Shown in pieces: positions 1 to 8,153 of a stretch of 64,000 nt of DNA (its first letter is position 1; the number at the start of each line of letters is the position of its first letter). Source of the DNA: an uncultured Pirellulales bacterium (GTDB lineage: Bacteria; Planctomycetota; Phycisphaerae; Sedimentisphaerales; Anaerohalosphaeraceae); assembly GCA_964628195.1 (NCBI GenBank), contig CAZVPF010000002.1, positions 100,078-164,077 on the forward strand, read 5' to 3'. A program made the translations under genes and the position numbers. Under the pieces are notes generated by a model that searched no databases, was not told the DNA's origin, and saw only the letters and a list, made by a program, of their open reading frames with translations.

Positions 1-56
1 CTCGTTAAAGAAATTCTTTCAAACAATTAAACTTCTTTTTTAGAAAGGGTAATACC

Positions 57-191
57 ATGAAAGCTAAAGCATTATTGGTCGTTTTGGTTCTTGCACTGTC
101 AGCAGTGGTCTTTTCCGGCTGCCAGGAAACAAACCGGAACATAAGTAACAAACATTGCGAAGATGTCATCAGGGCGGAAGCACAAATGTAA
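57..191 (+). CDS. small putative lipoprotein (44 aa)
   Basis: ATG 57-59, TAA 189-191, hand-translated: MKAKALLVVLVLALSAVVFSGCQETNRNISNKHCEDVIRAEAQM. It has a hydrophobic signal peptide followed by a lipobox-like FSGC. It is below the ORF-track length cutoff. Confidence 0.35.
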   Translation: MKAKALLVVLVLALSAVVFSGCQETNRNISNKHCEDVIRAEAQM

Positions 192-211
192 TTTCACGGA
201 GGTTATGATCT

Positions 212-709
212 ATGAAACTCGAAGCTAAACATAAGATTTGGATAGCAGGTTCTCTCGGACTTATCACAGGTTTCGTTATCTGCGGACTGGTTATTTTCAC
301 GGTAATGCCGTCACTGATGATAGTGACACACGAAACCACGATGGGTTTCGAAGAGACCGTATCGGGTTTGCAGGAGTCAATTAAAGAAAACGGGTGGCAG
401 GTTTCCCAGTTAGTTGATATGAATAAGTCACTTGCAAAGCACGGCAGACAATTCGAGCCTAAAGTTAAACTGGTGAAACTCTGTCACCCGGACTATGCGA
501 AACAAGTGCTTGCTTCGGACAGGTATGTATCTTGTCTAATGCCATGCACTTTCGCCGTTTGGCAGGGCGACGAAGGAAAGACTTATTTGTCGAAGATGAA
601 TCTTTCATTGATGGCAAAGATGTTCGGTGGTACAATAGCAGATGTCATGGGCGGCAAAGTGGTTGAAGACGAAAAGCGGATACTTGAGGGATTTATTAAA
701 ACCGAGTAG
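212..709 (+). CDS. DUF302-domain protein with N-terminal transmembrane helix
   Basis: 165-aa ORF with GGAGG 8 nt upstream of the ATG. The N-terminus has a hydrophobic helix (IWIAGSLGLITGFVICGLVIFTV). The body resembles DUF302 (KLVKLCHP...MPCTFAVW). Confidence 0.7.
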   Translation: MKLEAKHKIWIAGSLGLITGFVICGLVIFTVMPSLMIVTHETTMGFEETVSGLQESIKENGWQVSQLVDMNKSLAKHGRQFEPKVKLVKLCHPDYAKQVLASDRYVSCLMPCTFAVWQGDEGKTYLSKMNLSLMAKMFGGTIADVMGGKVVEDEKRILEGFIKTE

Positions 710-759
710 CCCGGTCTTCAGCCGGTTCATTCACACTTACAGAAAGGAGAGGTTTTACC

Positions 760-1437
760 ATGGAACAAGAAATTAACAGAATGCCGTTGATCGGTGAAAA
801 GGCGCCTTCGTTCGAGGCAGAGACCACACAGGGTCTTATCCGGTTTCCGAAAGACTATGAAGGCAAATGGGTTATCCTGTTTTCGCACCCAGCCGATTTC
901 ACGCCTGTCTGCACAACCGAATTTATGACATTCGCCAGCAGGGAAAAAGAGTTCAACGATCTCAACACGCAGCTCATCGGTTTATCTATCGACAGCACCT
1001 ACAGCCACATTGCATGGCTCAGGACAATAAAGGAAAAGATAGAGTACCGCGGCATGAAAGGCGTTGAGGTCAACTTCCCGGTTATAAGCGACCTTAAAAT
1101 GGACGTTGCGCGGAAGTTCGGCATGCTCCAGGGCGAAAGCGACACACAGGCTGTTCGCGCGGTTTTCATTATGGACCCCCAGGCTGTGGTAAGGGCGATA
1201 CTTTACTATCCGTTGTCAAATGGCAGAAGCATCGACGAGGTTAAACGCATACTGGTCGCCATGCAGCACTCTGATGAACACGGTATCGCAACACCTGCCA
1301 ACTGGGAGCTTGGTGACGATGTTATCGTACCCCCGCCGGGCTCTTGCGGTGTGGCTAAAGACAGGGTGGAAACCCCTGATGAGGACCTCCAGTGCCTTGA
1401 CTGGTTCATGTGTCTTAAGAAGTGTCCGCACAAATAA
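760..1437 (+). CDS. peroxiredoxin (1-Cys/Prx6-like thiol peroxidase)
   Basis: Carries the peroxidatic-Cys motif FSHPADFTPVCTTE and shows full-length AhpC/TSA-like similarity. An AGGAGAGG ribosome-binding site lies upstream. Confidence 0.92.
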   Translation: MEQEINRMPLIGEKAPSFEAETTQGLIRFPKDYEGKWVILFSHPADFTPVCTTEFMTFASREKEFNDLNTQLIGLSIDSTYSHIAWLRTIKEKIEYRGMKGVEVNFPVISDLKMDVARKFGMLQGESDTQAVRAVFIMDPQAVVRAILYYPLSNGRSIDEVKRILVAMQHSDEHGIATPANWELGDDVIVPPPGSCGVAKDRVETPDEDLQCLDWFMCLKKCPHK

Positions 1438-1498
1438 GACAGAACGCGAATTATAAATGTAATAAAACGACAACAAACGATGTCGCAGGAGTTTTTTT

Positions 1499-4366
1499 AT
1501 GAAAATCAAATCGTCGATAACTGAGTTCTCGCTGAAGCACTACAAAATGGTGACATGGATAATGGTGCTTGTAACCATCGTACTGGGAGCCCTGATACCG
1601 CTTATCAAGGTTGACACGGACCCGGAGAATATGCTCGCAGAGGACGAACCGGTGCGGGTTTTTCATAACGAGGTTAAAGACAGGTTCGATCTCAGCGACA
1701 TCGTTGTTGTCGGTGTTGTCAATGAGCAGCACCCGGAGGGGGTATTCAACCCCGAGTCGCTGCAGAGGATATATGAGATTACGCAGTTCGCCGAGGGACT
1801 TCGATGGGACGATCCGTCGGGGGAGAAAAAATTCGAGGGGGTGATAGAGGTTGACATGATAGCCCCGTCCCTGGTCGACCATATAGGCCAGGGCGGTGTC
1901 GGGGTTGTTAAGTTCGAGTGGCTGATGCCAAGCCCTCCGCAAACCGTTGAACAGGCCAAAGAAATACGCGAAAAGGCGATGAATAACCCGCTTTTGAAAG
2001 GGACAATGGTCTCGGAGGACGGCAAGGCTATAGCGATATATCTGCCTCTTACAAGCAAGGACCTGAGCTACAGGGTTTACCGCGAGCTGCAGAAGGAGAT
2101 CGAAACGTTCTCGGGCGATGACCAGTTCCATATAACGGGTCTGCCCGTCGCTGAGGACACCTTCGGCGTCGAAATGTTCATACAGATGGCGATATCAGCG
2201 CCGCTTGCGATGCTTACGATATTCATATTAATGCTGATATTCTTCCGCAAACTGGTGCTTGTAATTTCACCGATGATCGTGGCGATGGTTTCGGTTATTA
2301 CTACAATGGGCCTTATGATAGGGCTTGGTTACCCTGTGCATATTATGAGCTCGATGATACCGATCTTCCTTATGCCCATCGCGGTGGTGGACTCTGTGCA
2401 TATACTGTCGGAGTTTTTCGACCTTTACACAAAGCAAAAGGGCAGGCGCCAGAGCATACGCGAGGTAATGGACAACCTTTTCGTTCCTATGCTTTACACG
2501 TCGCTGACCTCTGCCGCTGGGTTTGCTTCGCTTTCTCTTACTCCTATTCCACCGGTGCAGGTCTTTGGGGTGTTCGTGGCAATAGGGATTATGGTCGCGT
2601 GGCTGTGCACCGTTACCTTTGTGCCCGCTTATATAATGATGATAAGCGATAAAAGGCTTGAGAACTTTGGAATGGCGGCGCACCATGAGGACAGCGATTC
2701 ACCGTTGTCGAAGCTGCTCCATGCCGCAGGCAGGTTGACCTACCGCTGGGCAAAACCGATACTTGCCGTTATTGTAGTGCTCACCGGCATTGCCGTTTAC
2801 GGCATTACACGTATTCAGATCAACGACAACCCGGTCAAATGGTTCGCGCAGGGGCACCCGATACGCGTGGCAGACAATGTTCTTAACGAGCATTTTGCCG
2901 GCACCTACATGGCATATCTTGTGCTTTCCGGCCCCGAGCAGCTCCAGGCCGACCAGCAGTATATCCAGCAGCTAAAGGAAAGTTTCGAGCAGTACGCAAA
3001 TGAGATTCGCGGTGATTATGACAACTTCGATAAGTATTCCGCAACCGTAAAAGGGTTTATAGAAGATGCCCAGTCTGAGGCTGATGCCGAGAAGTACCTT
3101 GACGGTATTATAAGTAAGATAGAAAAACAGATGCAGGGCGCGCCGGACGATAAATATTTCTCTATGGATGACATGATCGCCTTTTTCTCGGTCGAGAAGG
3201 AAAGGCTTAAAGTCTTCAAAAGGCCCGAGGTTTTGCGGTTTATGGACGACCTGCAGAATTACCTTGTCGATCTCGAAGTGGTCGGCAAGGTCAACTCCGT
3301 GGCGGACATTGTAAAAAAGGTTAACCAGGAACTCCGCAGCGGCGAAAAGAAAGATTATGAGATCCCCGACGAGCTTCGAGGCGTCGCAGAGACGCTGCTT
3401 CAGTTCCAGGGAAGTCACCGACCCGGCGACCTGTGGCATTTTGTTACGCCTGATTATAAAAACGCGAATTTGTGGCTGCAGCTCAGCAGCGGCGACAACA
3501 AGGATATGCAGAAAGTTACCGACGCGGTGGACGATTATTTTGCAAAGCACCAGCCGCCTGTTAATATCGAGCACGACTGGGCGGGGCTTACATATATAAA
3601 CGTTGTCTGGCAGGACAAGATGGTGTGGGGAATGCTGCAATCCTTTATCGGCAGCTTCCTTGTCGTATTCATTATGATGTCGATACTTTTCCGTTCACCC
3701 CTTTGGGGCATAATCTGCATGGTGCCGCTTACGATAACTATCGCCATGATATACGGTATCATCGGCCTGGTCGGCAAGGACTACGACATGCCGGTGGCGG
3801 TTTTGAGCGCGCTTACGCTCGGCATGGCAGTCGACTTTGCGATACATTTCCTGCAGCGGTCGAGGGACAGCTTCGCTAAAACCGACAGCTGGAAGGAAAG
3901 CTCCGCGGAGATGTTCGGCGAACCTGCCAGGGCGATAAGCAGAAACGTGCTTGTAATAGCGATAGGGTTTTTGCCCCTCCTGGCCGCGCCGCTGGTGCCT
4001 TATAAAACGGTGGGCATATTCCTTTGCGCTATAATGGGTCTTTCCGGCGCGGTAACGATAATAGCACTTCCTGCCATAATAAGGCTTGCGGAAAAGGCAC
4101 TGTTCAGGCATAAGGCAAAAGTGCAGTCACCGACATGCAACTGCGGGTTCTGTATAATAATCTCAATTGCGATAACCGTGCTTGTGCTGCTGAATCTTCA
4201 CCAGTACTGGCAAATGGGAGTAAGCACCCTTACATGGGTAAGCGCAGTCGCTATACCGGCAATGGCTCTCGGATGCGGTATAATATCGAGGCGTAAGGCG
4301 TGTAACCGTATGGAATCGACGCAAAAAAGTGAAAATCAAGAACAGGAAAAGGGAGACAAGCAATGA
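1499..4366 (+). CDS. RND-superfamily / MMPL-type (COG1033-like) membrane exporter
   Basis: 955 aa with two clusters of about 6 TM helices (res ~210-400 and ~700-860). Each cluster follows a large soluble loop, which is typical MMPL/HpnN-like architecture. A GCAGGAG ribosome-binding site lies upstream. Confidence 0.85.
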   Translation: MKIKSSITEFSLKHYKMVTWIMVLVTIVLGALIPLIKVDTDPENMLAEDEPVRVFHNEVKDRFDLSDIVVVGVVNEQHPEGVFNPESLQRIYEITQFAEGLRWDDPSGEKKFEGVIEVDMIAPSLVDHIGQGGVGVVKFEWLMPSPPQTVEQAKEIREKAMNNPLLKGTMVSEDGKAIAIYLPLTSKDLSYRVYRELQKEIETFSGDDQFHITGLPVAEDTFGVEMFIQMAISAPLAMLTIFILMLIFFRKLVLVISPMIVAMVSVITTMGLMIGLGYPVHIMSSMIPIFLMPIAVVDSVHILSEFFDLYTKQKGRRQSIREVMDNLFVPMLYTSLTSAAGFASLSLTPIPPVQVFGVFVAIGIMVAWLCTVTFVPAYIMMISDKRLENFGMAAHHEDSDSPLSKLLHAAGRLTYRWAKPILAVIVVLTGIAVYGITRIQINDNPVKWFAQGHPIRVADNVLNEHFAGTYMAYLVLSGPEQLQADQQYIQQLKESFEQYANEIRGDYDNFDKYSATVKGFIEDAQSEADAEKYLDGIISKIEKQMQGAPDDKYFSMDDMIAFFSVEKERLKVFKRPEVLRFMDDLQNYLVDLEVVGKVNSVADIVKKVNQELRSGEKKDYEIPDELRGVAETLLQFQGSHRPGDLWHFVTPDYKNANLWLQLSSGDNKDMQKVTDAVDDYFAKHQPPVNIEHDWAGLTYINVVWQDKMVWGMLQSFIGSFLVVFIMMSILFRSPLWGIICMVPLTITIAMIYGIIGLVGKDYDMPVAVLSALTLGMAVDFAIHFLQRSRDSFAKTDSWKESSAEMFGEPARAISRNVLVIAIGFLPLLAAPLVPYKTVGIFLCAIMGLSGAVTIIALPAIIRLAEKALFRHKAKVQSPTCNCGFCIIISIAITVLVLLNLHQYWQMGVSTLTWVSAVAIPAMALGCGIISRRKACNRMESTQKSENQEQEKGDKQ

Positions 4367-4551
4367 CAGTTGAAAGATATTTAAGAGCGATAGCGGGATT
4401 TTTTATCCTCGTCAGCGTACTCTTGGCGTATTATCATAGTATGTACTGGCTTTTCTTTACGGGCTTTGTCGGGCTGAATTTATTTCAGTCGGCGTTTACC
4501 AACTGGTGCCCGATGATGACAATACTGAGAAAAGCAGGCGTTAAAGACTGA
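4363..4551 (+). CDS. small membrane protein, DUF2892 / YgaP-like TM domain
   Basis: 62 aa with two hydrophobic helices and a C-terminal NWCPMMTIL motif typical of DUF2892. Its start overlaps the exporter stop (ATGA), suggesting translational coupling. Confidence 0.6.
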   Translation: MTVERYLRAIAGFFILVSVLLAYYHSMYWLFFTGFVGLNLFQSAFTNWCPMMTILRKAGVKD

Positions 4552-4572
4552 TAAATGAAAGGAAGGTGTATT

Positions 4573-5397
4573 ATGAAGCTCAGGAATTTGATTACGATTT
4601 TTATAACAGCCCTGCTTGTGTCTGCGGTTTTTGCACAGGAACAGTCCGGAAACAGCAGCGAAAAACTGACGTTGGATGAGATAGTCAAAAAGGCAAACAT
4701 CGCATCCTATTATCAGGGCGATGACGGCAAGGCACGCGTAAACATGGTCATCACCGACAAACAGGACCGCAAGCGCGAGCGTGAGTTTGTGATACTCCGC
4801 AGGGACGTTAAGGACGGCGGGGATCAAAAGTATTACGTTTATTTCCACCGCCCTGCGGACGTCAGGCGGATGGTGTTCATGGTGCACAAGCATGCCGGAC
4901 TTGACAAGGACGATGACAGGTGGCTTTACCTGCCCAATCTTGACCTTGTTAAGCGAATAGCCGCAAGCGACAAGCGGACAAGCTTTGTCGGGTCGGATTA
5001 CCTTTACGAAGATGTTTCCGGCAGGGGCGTCGAGCTTGACAGTCACGAGCTTAAAGAAGAGACGGACAGTCAGTATGTCTTGAAGCATACCCCAAAGAAT
5101 CCGGAGCTTGTCGAGTTCAAGTATTACCTGACCTATATCGATAAGGAAACTTTCCTGCCCATGAAGATCGAGTACTTCGACGACAAGGACCGGAGCTACC
5201 GCCTTATCGAGGCAATGAAGGTTGAAAAGATCGGCGACAAAGAGTATCCTACCGTTACGAAGTCCAAAGTTACGGACAAGAAACGCGAGAGCACGACAGA
5301 GATGGAATTCAGCGATATTCAATATAACATCGGTATAGAGGACGACATTTTTACCGAACGGTATCTTAGAAGACCGCCCAGAGAGGCAAGGAGGTAA
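4573..5397 (+). CDS. secreted LolA-like 'outer membrane lipoprotein-sorting' family protein
   Basis: Signal peptide MKLRNLITIFITALLVSAVFAQE. The body resembles the LolA-like family (DDRWLYLPNL..KRI..SDKRTSFVGSDYLYEDV). I prefer ATG 4573 over 4555 because GGAAGGTG lies 4 nt upstream. Confidence 0.7.
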   Translation: MKLRNLITIFITALLVSAVFAQEQSGNSSEKLTLDEIVKKANIASYYQGDDGKARVNMVITDKQDRKREREFVILRRDVKDGGDQKYYVYFHRPADVRRMVFMVHKHAGLDKDDDRWLYLPNLDLVKRIAASDKRTSFVGSDYLYEDVSGRGVELDSHELKEETDSQYVLKHTPKNPELVEFKYYLTYIDKETFLPMKIEYFDDKDRSYRLIEAMKVEKIGDKEYPTVTKSKVTDKKRESTTEMEFSDIQYNIGIEDDIFTERYLRRPPREARR

Positions 5398-5406
5398 AGA
5401 AAAGGT

Positions 5407-6714
5407 ATGCTCAAAGAAATAAGTTCCAAGGGATTGATCGTTTTGGGATTATTGACTGCGGCTTGCTGTGTTTCGACCGCAATGGCGCAGGATCAGGGAC
5501 AGGACGGTAAAAGCGAAACTTCGATGTTCGAAGATCTGCTGCCGCCCGTGCACGGCTTCTGGGAGATACGTTCAGGATACCGTGTAACCGAGGATGAAAA
5601 CGAAAAGGATATGTCCCTCATGGAAACCCGGCTGCAGCTCGACCTGCTTAAGTATCTCGAAGGTGCGGACCTGAAGTTCAAGGCCGACTTTTACGGCGAC
5701 CTCGTTACCGAGGAAGCGCAGATCGACATCCGCGAAGCTTACATCTTTTTGATGCCCGCTGATTTCATGGACCTGTGGGTAGGCCGGCAGATACTGACCT
5801 GGGGAACGGGTGATCTTATCTTTATTAATGACATGTTTCCGAAAGACTGGCAGTCATTTTTCATCGGCAGGGACAGCGAGTATCTAAAAGCCCCGTCTGA
5901 TGCGGTAAAGGCCAGCATTTTTAACGACCTTGCGAATATCGACATTGTATACACCCCGCAGTTCGACCCGGACAGGTACATCAGCGGCAAGAGAATCTCG
6001 TACTGGAACGGAAATATTCCAGGCATAGTCGGGCAAAACGTAATATCCGAGCCTTATATACCTAATGTGTGGTTCAGGGATGACGAGCTTGCATGGCGTA
6101 TTTACAAGAACATAAATAATAACGAGCTTGCCTTTTACGGGTATCGCGGTTACTGGAAAAGCCCAGGCGGCCAGACCCCAGCCGGCAGGGCGAGGTTCCC
6201 GAAACTGAATGTTTACGGTGCGAGCATTCGGGGCGATTTCGCCGAGGGTATCGCCAATTTCGAGTTCGGTTATTACCAGTCCGACGAGGATGAGGGGGGG
6301 ACCGACCCGCTTATCAATAATTCCGAAATCAGGCTGCTCGGCGGGTATACCAGGGAAATTGCCAAGAACCTTACTGCCGGTTTTCAGTATTATATTGAGT
6401 ATATGCTTGATTATGACAATTACAAGGCGAACTTCCCCGGCAATGCTGTAAACATGCGGGACGAGGACAGGCACCTGACAACATTCAGGCTGACAAAGAC
6501 CTCCGATGACCAGCGCTGGACCTATTCATTGTTTACATATTATTCGCCCACGGACAGCGATGTATACATGCGGCCTAACATTAAGTACAAGGCAAGCGAT
6601 AATATAGCATGGGAGCTCGGCGGAAATATATTTTTCGGTGATTACAACCATACATTCTTCGGCCAGTTCGAGGACAACACGAATATTTACACCGCTATAA
6701 GGTACAGTTTTTAA
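5407..6714 (+). CDS. outer-membrane beta-barrel protein (DUF1302-like)
   Basis: Signal peptide ending AMAQD and an alternating amphipathic pattern. The C-terminus ends ...TAIRYSF with a terminal Phe, typical of OM barrels. It sits directly downstream of the MMPL and LolA-like genes. Confidence 0.6.
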   Translation: MLKEISSKGLIVLGLLTAACCVSTAMAQDQGQDGKSETSMFEDLLPPVHGFWEIRSGYRVTEDENEKDMSLMETRLQLDLLKYLEGADLKFKADFYGDLVTEEAQIDIREAYIFLMPADFMDLWVGRQILTWGTGDLIFINDMFPKDWQSFFIGRDSEYLKAPSDAVKASIFNDLANIDIVYTPQFDPDRYISGKRISYWNGNIPGIVGQNVISEPYIPNVWFRDDELAWRIYKNINNNELAFYGYRGYWKSPGGQTPAGRARFPKLNVYGASIRGDFAEGIANFEFGYYQSDEDEGGTDPLINNSEIRLLGGYTREIAKNLTAGFQYYIEYMLDYDNYKANFPGNAVNMRDEDRHLTTFRLTKTSDDQRWTYSLFTYYSPTDSDVYMRPNIKYKASDNIAWELGGNIFFGDYNHTFFGQFEDNTNIYTAIRYSF

Positions 6715-6732
6715 TTAGTTTATGGAGTTTTT

Positions 6733-7293
6733 ATGATAAGGCTGATAATTGGTGCGGCAATCGGCGCCGCTTTGGGTGCGATGACGGGTTACTTCGGCAA
6801 ATGCACGGGTGGGGCTTGTCCTCTTACCGCCAACCCGATGCGCGGCAGTATGTACGGAATGTTCATTGGCATAATTATTAGCATGGCGTTTGGCCCTGGC
6901 AGCGTGGGAAGCGTCGACACCGAGAACATAAAACCGCTGACCGGCGGTGAACAGTTCGAGGCAAAAGTAAACTCCAGGGGCGTGGTTGTTGTGGACTTCT
7001 TCTCGCCAAGGTGCGGACCCTGCCTGAAGCTTATGCCCGTACTTGACGAAATTGCCGGCAGCTACGCAGGCAAAGCCGACATTTATAAACTCAACGTCAT
7101 CGAGAACAATGCAATTGCCGCCATGCACAATGTTTCAGCCGTCCCAACCGTCATTTTTTTCCATAACGGCAAAGAGGCAAGCAGGATAATTGGAAAAAAA
7201 CCCGCATCAAGATACATAGAGACAATTGATGAACTGTTGAACGAACAAACCGGCGAAAACGAACAAACCCAGGCACCCACAAATGAAACTTAG
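6733..7293 (+). CDS. membrane-anchored thioredoxin
   Basis: The N-terminus is a Gly-rich hydrophobic segment (IIGAAIGAALGAMTGYFG...). The C-terminus is a thioredoxin fold with active site FSPRCGPCLKLMP (CGPC) and a cis-Pro region SAVPTVIFF. Confidence 0.85.
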   Translation: MIRLIIGAAIGAALGAMTGYFGKCTGGACPLTANPMRGSMYGMFIGIIISMAFGPGSVGSVDTENIKPLTGGEQFEAKVNSRGVVVVDFFSPRCGPCLKLMPVLDEIAGSYAGKADIYKLNVIENNAIAAMHNVSAVPTVIFFHNGKEASRIIGKKPASRYIETIDELLNEQTGENEQTQAPTNET

Positions 7294-7335
7294 ACGCCTT
7301 TTCGATCACAAATTTTGTATTTCTCCCGGTATTTC

Positions 7336-7363
7336 TTGCAAATAGCCTTCAAAGTGCTACAAT
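7336..7363 (+). promoter_or_regulatory. candidate sigma70-type promoter (TTGCAA - 16 nt - TACAAT)
   Basis: TTGCAA at 7336-7341 and TACAAT at 7358-7363 with a 16-nt spacer, about 45 nt upstream of the 7408 ATG. Based on sequence pattern only. Confidence 0.3.
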
Positions 7364-7407
7364 ACGCTTCATTCCTTAGGGAAATGGGTTACCTTTTCTT
7401 CCTATAG

Positions 7408-8130
7408 ATGAACGCGGAGACTATGAGCGAAAAAGCGAATAACATGCTCCCACTGACAAGGATTCAGAAACTTATCGGTGGGTATATGCAGCACTCGAAA
7501 GAAACAATGCCCTGCAGCTACATGCTCGTGCGCGTTGATGTTACACAGATCGTCCGGATAAGAAAACCATACTGCAAGCGGGTAGGTTCCCGGGTGACAA
7601 CAAACGATTTTTTCTTTTGCGCTATAGCCCAGGCTATAAAAGATTTTCCGCTTATGGCAGGTGGAATTGACGAAGCGGGGGAGACGATCGATATTGCTTC
7701 ACAGGCTGGTATAGGCTTCGCCGTTGCGGCGCCTCAGGGGCTTGTGGTTCCGGTTATAAAGGATGTCACCGGCGACTCCCTGCCGGAGATGGCGAAAAAA
7801 AGTGACACGCTCGTCAAAAAGGCCCGTGCCAATAAGCTCATGCCTGACGACTTTGACGGTGCAAGCGTAGTGATCAGCAGCCTCGGCATGTATAATATTT
7901 ATTCTTTTTACGCTATTGCCCCACCGGGTTCAAGCGGCATTATTTCTATGGGTAAGATAGACGAGCACGTTGTACCGATAGACGGCAGCTTCGTCAGCCG
8001 TAAGTTCATGACTCTCGGAATCGCCGCGGACAGGCGGTTTATCAGCGATATCTATGCCGCAAGGTTCATGAACCGGGTTAAAGAGTTTCTCGAAATACCC
8101 GAAAAACTTACCGGCGAGGTTTTCGATTGA
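7408..8130 (+). CDS. 2-oxoacid dehydrogenase E2-type acyltransferase catalytic-domain protein (no lipoyl or E3-binding domains)
   Basis: 240 aa covering only the catalytic domain (…VVISSLGMYNIYSFYAIAPPGSSGIISMGKI…MTLGIAADRRFISDIYAARFMNRVKEFLEIPEKL). The position of the canonical DHRxxDG motif reads DRRFISD. Confidence 0.7.
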   Translation: MNAETMSEKANNMLPLTRIQKLIGGYMQHSKETMPCSYMLVRVDVTQIVRIRKPYCKRVGSRVTTNDFFFCAIAQAIKDFPLMAGGIDEAGETIDIASQAGIGFAVAAPQGLVVPVIKDVTGDSLPEMAKKSDTLVKKARANKLMPDDFDGASVVISSLGMYNIYSFYAIAPPGSSGIISMGKIDEHVVPIDGSFVSRKFMTLGIAADRRFISDIYAARFMNRVKEFLEIPEKLTGEVFD

Positions 8131-8153
8131 AACCCTTTCGCCCTGTTGCTTGC

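Noticed and set aside
4480-5322. 280-aa minus-strand ORF exactly mirroring the 280-aa LolA-like plus-strand ORF
   Set aside because: It is an antisense shadow ORF. Its translation is low-complexity with no motif or signal, whereas the plus-strand product has a signal peptide and family-like motifs. The same reasoning applies to 1451-2131(-), 2972-3640(-), 5884-6474(-), 9138-9770(+), 54594-55149(-) and 56468-56950(-).
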